From: Balanoglossus misakiensis
Lineage: Eukaryota > Animalia > Hemichordata
Assembly: GCA_040954595.2 (NCBI GenBank)
Contig: CM082580.2
Coordinates: 8,534,390-8,598,389 of the forward strand
Length of the DNA: 64,000 nt
Direction of reading: 5' to 3'
Shown here: one piece after another, positions 29,324 through 42,435 of the stretch
How positions within the stretch are numbered: the first letter of the stretch is position 1
Layout of the letters: each line of letters begins with the position of its first letter
Translations under genes and position numbers: made by a program
The notes under the pieces: generated by a model
What the model was told of the DNA's origin: nothing
Database searches by the model: none
Seen by the model: the letters and a program-made list of their open reading frames with translations, nothing else

Positions 29324-30890
29324 GGTGTACCTGGGTAGGGTACGGAATTTGGAACGAAATAATCACGCGGGCTTCACAAGCGACTATACCTTAAAGAAAA
29401 TGCAAGACAGAGCTCGACTCAGAGTCATTTCAGTTTTCAATCTTCTCCTCGCGCAGAGTTCCATCATAATGTAAATTGAATCCCACTATGCATCAGATTG
29501 TCCCATTTATTCGCCCGCAATGTTAACGCACCGCCCCCAGTACACAGTTCGCGAAACTGATAAAATATCAGTAATGACACATCAGGACTCTACGTAAGTA
29601 CTCATGAGCCAATTTGGGGTAAAAGAGTTCGTGTAGCTATATACGCAGATATCTGTAACGTGAAATGTGCTGTTGCCATAGCAATGTGGCTTATATGAAC
29701 ATGGCAGCTTCGGTCCATGGCCAAATGGTGCTCAGTGGAGAAAGATTTGAATTTATGCATAATGAGTTTGTCCTTGCAAAAAAAAAAAAAAACGATTTGC
29801 CAGCGTGCACACAAGATTAGGTGTAGTAACGGTAGTTCCCTTTTGAGGTCAGTGTTTCATCTCTAGAGAGATGTAAAATATAGTGAAAGTTTGATAAATG
29901 TTTGCGGCTGTTTTAGATATATTTTTACTACCGTTCTGTGCATCTTTTCGAACATTGCTCCAGTGTTCCCTAAGTATTTGAAGTAGAACTCGCATCCCCG
30001 TTGCAAGTGTCGTTGGATTACTAGATTATTTCACGAAGTAGAGAATTCCAACTGTCAACATCTGATGGTCTATATTTTTCGAAAGTGCGTGTCTCGTGCG
30101 TGTAGCAAATCACGAAATTCTAGCTGACGACCGTTTGAGTCATCTGTCCTATCAGTTTGGTGCCGCCGTGTCTCTGAGCATTTTTTTCAAACGTGACTGT
30201 ACCGTTCTAGGTGGTCGAAACAAAATGCCACCAGACGACACGGTTGCGAAGCAAAATTTATTCCACGGTATCGTTCGGCGTGCACGGCACTGAACATTAT
30301 GCCAAAGTCCCTGTCTAACAAATTCGAGACTGAATTTCCGCTTAACATGGAAAAAAATACATTGGGTTGTTTACTTTTTTACTGAGGTTAACAAAATTGT
30401 CCATGGTGATGGGGTTTCCTCCACTCCGCGCGATTGCAAGCACTAAAGTCCAGACAACTGCAAACATTCGTGGCTGTGAAATGACTTTGGGGAAATCACC
30501 TCACGGAACTATTATCGGACAAATCCAGAAACCTTATGACTTCTCCTGCGAAATGCCTCGACTGACGCGGTACTTAATATACATCGACTTCGGAAGTTCC
30601 ATTTTCTGAGAACTGTTTGTTCTGCGCCGGTTCTCATTTTCATGCTAGAAGAAATGTGCGTTTGCCCTCCCAATAATTACTTTTCTTGAGTCGTGAAAAC
30701 CAAATCATTCCGCTGTTCTCCAAAGTAGTGGTGTTCGACAACAGTTGCGAGCGTTGGTGCACGTACGTTTCCGCGTGGTATGAAATAGCCACGCGAGATC
30801 TCGCAAGGTCTCGTGGAGCTTGGAAAATAGCCCACTGATACATACCAACACTGTACTGTTCCTCGCATAAACAAATTTGCTGGGGATGGT

Positions 30891-31026
30891 GTTTGTTTGT
30901 TTGTTTGTTTGTTTGTTTGTTTGTTTGGCTGGCTGGCTGGTTGTCTGGCTGACCGACTGACTGACTGACTGACTGACTGACTGACTGACTGACTGACTAG
31001 CTGAGTGAGTAAGTGAGTGAGTGGGT
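30891..31026. repeat. Compound tetranucleotide microsatellite (GTTT)n-(GGCT)n-(GACT)n-(GAGT)n
   Basis: Direct inspection. Confidence 0.95.
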
Positions 31027-34000
31027 GAGAGAGGGAAAGAGAGACGCGCATATAATTCGCCAGGACGAAGGCTAGCTGTTTCGCTCTGGGATTCCAGTAA
31101 ATCGCTCAGAAATCCAAATGAAATGGAGTCGACCCGATGAATCTTTGTTACGTGTGCGAGCAAAACAGCGGGGGCATTCCCGGCGGAGAACTTGAGTGCA
31201 ATTCCCTTCGCCCTGAGGTGGGCCGATCTTTCATGTACTCCTTGAGCCGAATCCATTAGTATCTTGGACGGCGAGGATTAAGTTCAATTTGTAAGAGATC
31301 AGATAGGAGCCGGTGAAAGACGGCGACGCCCGAGGCTGTTTCTTCGCCGCTTCTATTTTGAAACGCTGTAGCAATCTACAGAGACAAAAACAACTCTTTT
31401 AATTGTCTTGTCTTGGGACGGCTGCGCCGAATAGCGATGCTTTAAGTTCCGCTGCGCATAATGGGACGTCAGCCTCGGCCAGAGTGAGCTGCTTGTTTTG
31501 ACAGCCTTATACAAATGTGGTTAATAGTAACGTCATTTCCGGGCTGTGGACACAGAAACGCTTGCTAATACACATCAAACTACTGAAAGCAGATAACCTA
31601 TCCCCCATAATTATTCTTTCATATATAGCTGTGTATATTTTTCATTCTTGTCAAAAATTGTGACTAGAAAACAAAAAAATCCCGAAGAATGGGTCAATTT
31701 TAAGGGTAAACATTGGTTGATGTTTTGAACTTGGGCAGCACACCTCCACATGAAAATAGTGGGAGCACCCCCGGAGGCGAAATTTCAATTTGACGTAAAC
31801 AACATTGGACAGCTGCCTTTGGGGATGCGCTGATCTGTGCGTCTCTTTAAGAGACAGCAATGACCGCAGCGATGCTTTCATTGGTGGGTCTAATTACTCC
31901 AAATGTGGCCAATTTACCTTTGCCGTGGCCGAGAGAAGACTCTCTTGGGAGCATACGTGGAATAATATTTTCTTGGAAGAGGCTTTGTTGTTGATAACAG
32001 GTGTCCAGCAAAGAGTATAGGGAAGTCGATAAAAGACATTTTATGCCTTGATTGAATGTGATGAAAAAATCTCTCCCCTATTATTTTTTTTCTGTATAGT
32101 AATTCAGAAAACGAACGTGAAACGGGTGTATTCAAAGTGATCGGGTATTTTGTTTCGGAAAATAAAGTAATGTTTTTTTACAAGCGGTAGTCGGGTTGTA
32201 TAACCATTAGAATCTCAAATAACAGAAAAAAATTGAGATGACATTTTTCTAATAAAGAAAGCTTTGCAAAGTGGCCTTTTGTTTGTTTCCATCGTCGTAA
32301 AAAGAAACCAATTATGAACGAACGATGCGCATGCTTTAGAAAGGCGTGAATGCGTGCTATCAAGTGAAGAGTCATTACTTAAAATCAACGAGTAACTGCG
32401 ACTTTCCTCAACACGCTGACATTCTGACTGCGAGTACAAAAAGGCAGGTAATTACCGGCTGTCCCTCTGAAAATTGCTGCGAGATTAATTATCGACCGAA
32501 ATAAGTACGCCTGTGCGTGAAAGTCGGAGAAACCGAATAAATTCGTCGCCTGAAATTCTGATTGAGGGCTACAATGAACCGCCCGAGGGAGGTGGCTTTT
32601 CATCCGTTAATAGCCCCCGTGAAAGAGTCATGATGATGGCAATTAGACTGTTCGTACCACTCGAATGAGGAGCACGATCATGTTATGCTATTTGCCGAGT
32701 TGGAAAATTATAGTCTAACACAATACGCGGCTTAATCAAGATGTCACACTGTGTGTGCCAATATAGCCATTTGGATTACTCTTTCGTGTCGAGGGTTAAG
32801 TGAAAATAAAAACGTTATGTTACCGAACGTGCATGAGACTGACACAAGCGATCGGGGTGGTACATGTACGTTGATGTGGTTTTCGTTCGCTACGGCAACG
32901 TCTTCTCCACCTGACATCGCCATGAAATGTATCGCGTATCCACAGCAACGAAAACGTCGAGGTGAATTTTTTACAGACATTGCGCACAGTAGGTTTGGGA
33001 AGATAATTACTTACTAGAAAAATTTCTTTGTCGATTTTCGGAGACATAAACATTTATGTTTTTTCTTGCAGCGCCATTTCAAAGGACTCTGTTGCGGAGA
33101 CGACGAGGCCGATAGAGGCTGATTTTTGACGAGAGTTCGTTCCCGCACCCGGCGCTCGGCGGTGCCGGCAGAGTGGGTTTGCCCTGCCGGCTTCTCGAGG
33201 CAGACTCCGTGTCTGCTAATTACGTGGTATCGTTCACAAATGAGGTCTGGTAATGCAGCATATTAATCCGGTTCGTGATTGTTTCGAAATTTCAACATTG
33301 TCCCTTCCAAAGGTCTTTTCGTGCGCCAGGCACTGATTTAGATTTGGCTCGGCATTAAAATCGAATTAGCTAATAGTCCCTCGGGTTAAGAGTGTGCGGT
33401 AGAGACTACACTTTTTTTTCTGGAAAAAAGTTCCGAAGATAAAGGACTTCATAAAGGACTGAAAAAAATAATGTCTGATAGAGAGTGAAATCAGCAGTTT
33501 TAACTTATGTAACTCCATTTATATGCGGCAGAACGGATTGACGTAGTCAATCTGGAAACGGTGTAATTTTATCTATTTTTTCTTATTTTGATAAACTGTT
33601 GACGTCAAGAGTTTTCTGCTAATAGGCAACCGTTTCCAAACCGAAAATGCGTATAATTGGCATTATGTTTAGACCACGCATTTAACGATGTCGTGACAAG
33701 CTCCGAATGCGAAATTCGGCCTACTAGACGCATTGAATTTCGTGCATATTTACGCATGTAATTTTCAGACCTTTTTCCATTGTGGAGGAAGACGTTCTAT
33801 TAAGGCATTATATAATCGGCCAATCGAGGGTAACTCGATAACTTGGTTCGGATTTTATTAAAACGTGACGGTTCCGCCATTGACAGACCCACTTAAATCG
33901 CCTGACGTGAAAACGGGTAATGTGCATCGTCAAATCTATTGTTAAGTCCGTCGCGTGTCTTTTTGTTTGCACACCTTCCGCTGGACTGACGTTGCGAGAA

Positions 34001-37000
34001 AAAGAAGATACTGTTTCCCCGTGATCAGTAATTTGATAAAATGGCGAGGAAGAGACAAATTACAGTCGATATCCTTTGACGGCGGCGGCGTCTGAAACTG
34101 CAATGGCCGTCGAGTTGGCAGCTTGGAAGACTAATAAAAACAGTTTGACGTGCAAAAAATCATTAGAGGAGGAGACAGCTTCAATGAGAATAATCTCGAG
34201 CTTTGGTTGATCGTTAAAGGTCTACTGTCTCCGGGTTTTACTTTAGGTAAGCGACCAAGCAGAAAGAGGTTTGCGGAAATAACTAAACTATGCGGTAGTA
34301 CCACGGGACAGAGAACAAAAACAAAGCAAGAATTTCGGCAAAAAAGAGGTTATGTTTGAACAACGGGCACCAGACGACGAGCGACACAACAGAACGTGCT
34401 ACACGGTAAACATAACTGCTCGGGCTAAATCGGGGGCGCGCCGTAAATGTATTTACATGCACTCCGGACGCACTCACAGCCTCTGCGCGATGATTTTGCA
34501 ATGAAGCCAATCTTCCCTGGTTGCGTCAAACGGGCGGTGCAATTTCCTCTGGAATATAGCTCCGTTTCCGACAGAACGGCGTGAATTTTTCATAAGCGTA
34601 TCTTCGTGGCGTCACGTACTCTCGGATTCTGGGACCGAAACGCTTGGGCAGTTAACTCCAGTGCCCACGGGAAGAATTGGGCCGAGAATTACATCTCTAC
34701 GTACCCCCGCATAATGAATAAAATAGAGGTATGTATTTAGGAAGAACCAAAACATGTTTTATTCAAACTGTAGATTATACTACTTCTCATCGCATGGGAC
34801 TACCTTCAGACGGGTAATAATAACCGCACCTTCGGATATGTGACTGTTGTCCCGCGGGGTTGTTGCGCTCAAGGATATCTGAAGATAACTATAGGTGCGC
34901 CAGTATGACTGGAATAATAACTGAATTAAATATATTGTAATGATATGGCCTTGCCGCAAACGGAGAAATCAAAGGGTACGCAAACTAATTTATATTTTTC
35001 ATTCTGCAAAATTAACGCACTCGGCGACAAATACCAAAACATGTTAATAAGTTGGTAAGACCAAACTAACGCGTTAAATTTAGTTACTTGTAATCATTAT
35101 GTGCCTGATCTAACGCAAATGCAAAATATGTTCACATCCATTTGGACATATGCAGCCCAGCTAAGAAAGTCGTCAACGCTTCCCTATTGCGTCATGAAAT
35201 TCCAGTAAAACGTGACGTGAACACAAAATACTGGAATGCGGTTTGTTAGTTGAAACTGAAATTGAAATTGGAACTGGTTTTACTCACTTCGATCAAGAGG
35301 AAACTACATTTGTAAAAAGGAAATACATTTTCCTGGAGTTATCGAAGTGAGAGATTAAAAATAGTTACGAATAAATCCAGTATAGCCTCCCATCTCATAT
35401 CTGGAATGGATTATCACAACTGAATACATTTGATTGTACTTTCAAATGTCATTAATGCAACTGTAATCACAACGAGAACATCAAAAGCTTCGCGGACGCT
35501 AAGGTAATTTTTGATATTGGCTCAGTACCCGAGGACTCAGAATCATCACATTAAATATTTGATACTGTTTTCTGTCTCATAGGGAATGAACCTCTTTAAT
35601 GGCCACGACCGTAAGAGCATTTTCCTGTTGCATGTCATTCGATTTTCCTCGGGTTGTCAAGATGAGTTTTTAGGGGGATGATATAAACAGGTTTGATATT
35701 GCTTGCGAATTTCTCTTACTGTTTCTGATCCGTGTCACAGATGACACTTTCTGTGACATTTGACACAAAAGTTCACGACAACTGCTCGATATGTCACGGA
35801 AGATGATCGTAAACGACAGGCGGTATCATAGACGTACAATTTACGGGCTCCTCGGAATAAGAAATGGAGCATAAAAATGTAATCTTACGCGATGCACCGC
35901 CGCAAGACACAATTTGACTTAGCTTGGCTGGATTTCCCGGGCAGCATTCGCATTCAGATGTGACAATTGATATCGTTATCTGAGCGTGGTTCTGAAAATT
36001 GCCAGAGGGCCCTCCGCAAATTTTCAGTTGACAATAGAGAGCTGTCGACGATGAGATAAAATAACAGTGCAGACTGCACCCTCCCCCCCCCCCGGTTATA
36101 CACGCCAGAGCTGACGAGGGGAAAAGAGTTATGTGTTGCACTGCAAGAGACTAAGTTATGAATACTTCTTGTTGGTTTAAGTGTGTTTAATACATAATAT
36201 TGGTGGGAAGGTGTTTTCAATAAATGGTTTCAGGAGACACAGGCGGACTCGAAGAAGCCAAAATCGGAAAATTTCCTCGTGTACGTTTCGCGAATGGCGA
36301 GAATGTGACGAGGGTACTAGTACATTTGGCGCGGGGAGGGGGAGGGGTCTTGATGAACGGCCGTCAGGAAGATCCATGCGCATCCGAGGGCGACTATGGC
36401 GGAGTCAATATGAAGACACCACAAGTAACCTGCGCGCAATATCACTGCTATAAAGCACAGACAAAGGATGGAAATAAAATTTTACAGCAGATGGTATGGT
36501 TTCACCCGATAAGGGAATCTTCTTCTTTTTTGACAATGAGAGAACTATATTGGAAGGAGATAAGACGCCTGTCAGGAAATAACATACGCCGACGCCCATT
36601 TCAGCTGCGGTATACTCGTTAAGTCCCCAGAATAGAGGCAGATTCGTCAAACAGATATTGGCATGGTGATATGAAACTGTGATATGATTACAATGTGTCG
36701 TCATATATGCAAGGCACCACGGAATGAGCTTATTCTAGCCACGATTGCGAACGACATGAGAAAGGCCGCCATTGAAGAGCGTGCGCAGTATATATCTACT
36801 CAATTTTAATTGTTTGAATCAACAGATTGTCACGCCTGATAAGATGTGAATTTGACAGCAACGGTACGTTTCAAGAGATGATTATCTGCTCATTGTGAGA
36901 TCTCGCGAGACTTGGTTAATTACCGTAGCAACGGGTTGTTAGTCAAATAGTACAAGTCAATATTTGTATGAAATTAGAATAGGTGCAGAGTATAACAGAA

Positions 37001-39849
37001 AATGGACACTTTGCGCCGTTATTTGCTTCAATCTCAAAATATATCCACCATCCCCACATTACAGCAAGGTCACCTTTCGGACCCAGATTTACGGAGGAAC
37101 CCAGTACAGGAGAATGCAGTCTGCTTTATTTGAATGCCACGATGATGTGCAAATGTGTGTTACTTCTCCCCAATTACAGGAATTACTCAGCCAGCCGTAA
37201 TTAAGTGTTCCTACAAGGGGTAACTGAAATGGTCTGTACGTATACGTTGTACCCGCGAGCGACTATACGTTCTGCATGCCATCGCCTTTGGCGGGTTAAA
37301 TTTGATTAGCTGATTCTGAAGAGTCTGGGTCCTGTATTGGGCCATAATCTAGTGTTGTTCCAATTTAATCTCTATTTTCTCGTAGATTTATCACGCCCAT
37401 ATTAACACGTGTTTGGTTATCAGGGACATAGTTAATGACCAAAGCAGTGAAGTGATTTAGAACATACCGTTTCGCCTTTTCCGCCTATTAATGAAAGCTC
37501 TTCAAAGAATCGCAAATCAAATAGTAGAAAAATAATGCAGACCTCCTGACGCCGACCAATCTGGGAAGGCGCTGTGTTCAGAGAAGGTCATCATTATAGA
37601 ATATACCTCTAAACCATGAAGAGAGCGAACTGTGAAAAATGTGACTATCTATTTCACGACAGGTCTGAAAATGGCGTTATTTCCGAGAGGTATAAATTTT
37701 CTCACATCGCATGATTATAAATCTGAAGTTGTCCGGAGTTCCCTCCGTTCACTTGAGCTGATATTTGGTTGAACCGCACTCCCCTGCCCGTTACTACACT
37801 TTTTGTAGACCGCCATACTGTCCACATTCTAGGAATACTACAACAGTACGCGTTATGCACAGATTGTGAACATTCCGGATTCTATTAGGCTACAGATGGG
37901 TATTTTCATCAGTAGACTCGTTTTACTTATCAACAATATACACATTGGCAACATTAACACATTTTTGGTGCTTGATTAAAATGCGACAGAGAAAAGGTGT
38001 CCAAATGCCTAATTTCCCTGTGAATCAAAGTGTGATCTGCCACCACAGCTGAAGACGATTGTTATTTCTATGCAGTTTTACTCCTTGCTATAGATAAAAT
38101 TACATCATTATTACATCGCTCGGGGGGTAAGGAACAACACGTAAAAACGTGGCTAGTCATCGCAAGCATGTCGGCAAAGCAGTAAATGCAAACGCTCGGG
38201 GGAGGTCTTGCGTTTATCATCGACGCGATATCGAGATATCTTAACAAAAGTGCTGTACACCATTTCATCAGTTACCCAAAATCACTTTTCGCAGCGTCGG
38301 GAAAATATCAAGGCTACCGTTGGATAGAGAGAGATAGGGCATTATTTAAATCCTAACATTGTTATTTCTGATGAGAAGTACGACAATCCATTTGAGCAGT
38401 CTTTAATGGTTGGAAACAAATATGCGATATGAATGATTGATACTATAGCACAGTGAGTGCGACCTCGCGGGCTGTCATCCAGATCCGAGGTGAAGAAGTA
38501 TGCAAGAATTACGCCGATGCTCTAGTTTGTAGGCGTTCGTCTTACAAATAGGACACTCTCCTCAATACATATATATATTTAAAAAAGATTGTGTATGATT
38601 TATCGCATGCCTCGCTGTATTGATATGCGCAGCGCTGTTCACTCCAACTGCTCGCAATCAACGACTCCACCAAGCGTTGTCATAGCAATGCTCTATTGAC
38701 ACGCGATTAGTTTACACTGTCCGCATTTCTCTTTACGAGGGATATTTCTTTCACGGCGCGTTTTCCATCAAATATGCAATTTCTGCTGAACGTATAATAT
38801 TTTGCCTGCAAGCTACCGTTTTTTGTGTGACGGAGAAATTTTCGGCTACACAACTACGATTGAGGATACGTGGATATTTCAGTCATTTGTTCAAATGTTA
38901 TCTCTAGCGACCCAATCAGATCGCGACCTTTTTTGCCAGGCCCCGAGTAGTAACGTATTGGGTTGGCATTGAGCTGGCGAAATAAAAAGGAACCACGGAA
39001 ATTAAAAAAAAAACTTTCAGCCTCTCTGGATGATCCGGCTTTCTTCCGTGGTTGCCATAACAACTATAGCTTTCCCTCGTCAGCAAAAATGGAAATGTCA
39101 TGATTCCTGGTGTCGTTTGATATTTCTCAGCAGTTTGGTGACACAGGCGAACTACTAGAAGGTATTTTGGAGATTAGTAAATTCTATAATATGCACGCGC
39201 GGCTCTAATCTGAGAGTTAAACAACAATACGAACAGCAGTAGGTCTTTCGCACAAATTGTGATCTGCCTCGCCGTCTCGAAACAAACTTTTCTGTGTTTT
39301 TTTACACACACAGAGAGAGACAAACACACGCATCCCTTTATATCACGACGGCGGTGTGGCCGATGGAGGGCGTGGTTCTTTAAAAGAAGCAATACGCTGA
39401 ATATTCTTATTCATGACCAAGTCAACGACAACGAAACGGTTGTGCTCCTCTCCCCCACAAGGATTCATCCTCAGGGCAGAAAAGTTAATTATGTCGGTCT
39501 GGTGCTGGTGCTGTATTTAATCTTTAATCACGACGCAACATGGCCGCCAACATAGCTGTAATAACGCACGCCGACGTTGTCCTTGCTTTTGCAACTATGG
39601 TTACTGCTTTATGGGGTATGGGGGCCGTTTACTCGGGCAAAGTTCCTTCCGCGAAATGCGCGCGGCGCGCACGCTGTGGAACTGAAGTCGTTGCTTGGGA
39701 ATAGAACGCCAGCGCTGTCAAATGTGTTTACGTTCTGTGGTCTGGTTGACAGATAGATAGATGCTTTTTTCAGAGGGCTATAGTCATCCCTCACTACGTA
39801 TGTTTTACCAGTACTTATTTTAAGGATAGAATTTACACCGCGCAGATCG

Positions 39850-41163
39850 ATGGGAAATAATAAGTCGACTTGCAAAGAACTCTCGATAGAACCGGGTCAG
39901 TGGAATGATGTCGAAATATTCAGGTAGGGCATTAGAAGGGCATTCTAAAAAAGTATAGGCTACCCCTGAATAATTTCTCTAAAATCGTAGTCAACTTACC
40001 GTCTCAAATGATAGACAGCACAACTTTCACTGCGTTGATCTTATGTCCAGTGACAAACCACACTCGCGTGCTCCAATCCGTCGTGTAACAAAATGCCTAG
40101 GCCTCCAAATTTTGAACTTAGCTGGACCAGAACATAATTCTTTGATGGGTCGCCAGTATGCACGGGACGGTCGTTTCCACTGCCAATCGTTGTCACGTTG
40201 TATCCGTGCGGCCTCGGACTCGAGTTCTGTCGTCTAAAAAGTAAAAGAGACACGCCCACTGTTATTGAGAGTGGCTTCAATCTGTAAAAGTGTGTCGTGG
40301 TATTCAAAATAAATCTCCGTCTGTCTTCACAGCTGACAACGCTATACCTTTTATTCGCCTACAGTGACTTGGATGTCAACATGTACGTGTTCAACAGATG
40401 TCTGAACGAGCTTGCCAGCCGGTACAGGGAAATTCTGAGCATCGACCGAGAGAGCCAGAAACGCGACCAGCTTAGGCCTACCACCTGTTGCATGGTTTGT
40501 TCGCGCTGCCGACTACACAAGGCGGACAATTGTCCTTGTATGAATATTGATGGAACACTGGATGAACTGCACACACTTTTTAAAGAAGCTATAACCCGAC
40601 TGAAAGAAGTTGTTTCAGAAAGCAACGAACTCTGTGAAAAACTGCACCAGCTTGGCAAGTGCCAGCAGTGTGGGTTTGATAGTCGACTTTGCGATGGCGA
40701 GCTCGACGTCCGCGAGAAACACGGACATTTGATCACAGAAAATGCAAAACTGCGCGACAGAAACACCGTCTTGGAAGAAGAGAGGCGGAGACTGGTTGAA
40801 GCTAACGCTAAACTCGAGTGGCGCCTGGAAAGGACGTCAATCGAACTGTCTTTCGCCACGAGCGATTTGAAGTACACCGAGCAAAAAGCAGATGCCATCG
40901 CCAGAGAGAAGTTCCAGTGTGAATTGCGGCTTGTTGCCCTCGAAGCGAAAGTCGGGGAGCTTGAACGTGACCTGGAAAACGCCCTTCGCCGCCGCGGCCG
41001 ACACAACGACGGGGTGCTTCAAAGCGCGGCATCGGGAAACAATTCGCAGGTCATGAATTCGGACTTGGGGAGTGGACATTCGCAGAACGTACGATGCGCT
41101 GGAGATTGCCGACCACCGGTGAGAGCTTTCATGGGAGTCATCTGGGTTCGCGGATCCAGATAG
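39850..41163 (+). CDS. Uncharacterised N-myristoylated Cys-rich/coiled-coil protein, 2 exons, about 290 aa
   Basis: Exon 39850-39923 (MGNNKSTCKELSIEPGQWNDVEIFS, donor CAG|gtaggg) joins in frame (phase 2) to acceptor cctacag|40365, and the ORF runs to 41163. It has an MGxxxS myristoylation consensus, CCMVCSRC..H...CPC and CQQC motifs, and a long heptad-rich region. Confidence 0.7.
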
Positions 41164-41859
41164 TTGACTTCGAAAATCAAACTGTTCGCTTATGTGCCGG
41201 GACGTGGAGTTTCGATCATGAAGTCACTCCGGGGATGCAGATACGGCTATGAAAAACTCTTGAAGTTTGGACTCAGGGTTTACTTAGCACATGTTTATCA
41301 TTTTATAGGCTTAAAGTTTGTCTGCTGACTTTTTAATTTTACACAATGCAATACGCCTAATGTGGTTTAAAAGTTTGTTTGTTTTTTCATATTAGGCCTA
41401 AAGGTATTAAATTTGATTGTTCTTAAAATCTGCTTCGCCTTTTACTTGATAACGTTACTGATCTGCAAACAACTTACATACACCATAGGCCGACAGCAAA
41501 TAACACAGCTTAATTTTATGGGGATGAAACTAACTAAATTTGAAACTAACTAAATTTGCGGCTGGCTGTATGACGAGTTTAAATGGAAAGTGGGCCAATA
41601 TGAGCTGATGTTTTGGGGTTCTGTAGAGCATACCAGGTCTTCAGTGTTTCCTCGGGCCTTCATAGTTTTGTTACCTTTGAAATTCTCCCTGTCTCGGGCC
41701 GTATCCCGGTCCTGACATCGCTCGCGCGGGTCTTCAGCTCGACTACAGTAAGACGAGCGAAGATGCGGCCCCCCGCCTACTTCACAAACTTCGTGGTGAC
41801 CCGACCCCTTTGCTGGGGGTCCGAGGCTAGTATTTTGTCGCAAAGGATTGTGGTATATG

Positions 41860-42132
41860 GCGGCAAAATCGTTCTATCTGACCTTCCGTGATGCGAATCG
41901 GTTTTGATATGGCTCGGTTACGGAAATGAATCAAGTATTAAGTCTTGAAATGAACGTGAATTTGTGAACAATAAAAGACGATTGGACTGCAAGTTTTTAT
42001 CCAATATCCGTTATATTGTTCTGTTATTGTATAAAGGAATTACACTGTTTTGTTCAGATTAAATAACGGTCGCGCAAATGTTTTCTTTCAAAATAATGGT
42101 GAGCTAGGTGGTCGGATCCATCCAATATGGCG
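41860..42132 (+). promoter_or_regulatory. Putative cell-cycle-type DBF4 promoter (E2F site, three CCAAT boxes, YY1-like ATGGCG)
   Basis: GCGGCAAA (TTTGCCGC on the minus strand) at 41860-41867; ATTGG at 41981 and CCAAT at 42001 and 42122; AATATGGCGG at 42124-42133. These lie 300-580 bp upstream of the ATG. Confidence 0.4.
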
Positions 42133-42435
42133 GATACAAAGTGAATGTGAATGGTATTGTTGCTTTTCGTGTTTAAAATCCTGTGCACCATGGAATTTGT
42201 TGATCGGGCGTGTGCATGTATTACGTGAGCAGCAATTATAGGATATATGGATAGATGTCATCTACGGGGACAGACACAGGCGTGTAGATTTGTTGTTTTC
42301 TGTCCAACAATAGGCATTACAGCTGTGCGAGATACGAGAGCCCAGTTGTAGTAGTGTGTGTACTACAATATTTGTTGTGTTGTTGTTGTCCGAATATTTG
42401 TGTACAGCAAGCTAACATCGGTGTACACCGGCAGA

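Noticed and set aside
28508-29474. ORFs with MRMRMR repeats
   Set aside because: These are translations of the (CCTCAT)n TIRs of the MITE, not genes.
33145-33191. GC-rich short hairpins (GCCGGCAG/CTGCCGGC)
   Set aside because: Only an 8-bp stem with no Helitron CTRR end or RNA-gene features.
40359-41006. 215-aa Ser-rich minus-strand ORF
   Set aside because: Antisense shadow of the Glu/Leu-rich coiled-coil exon.
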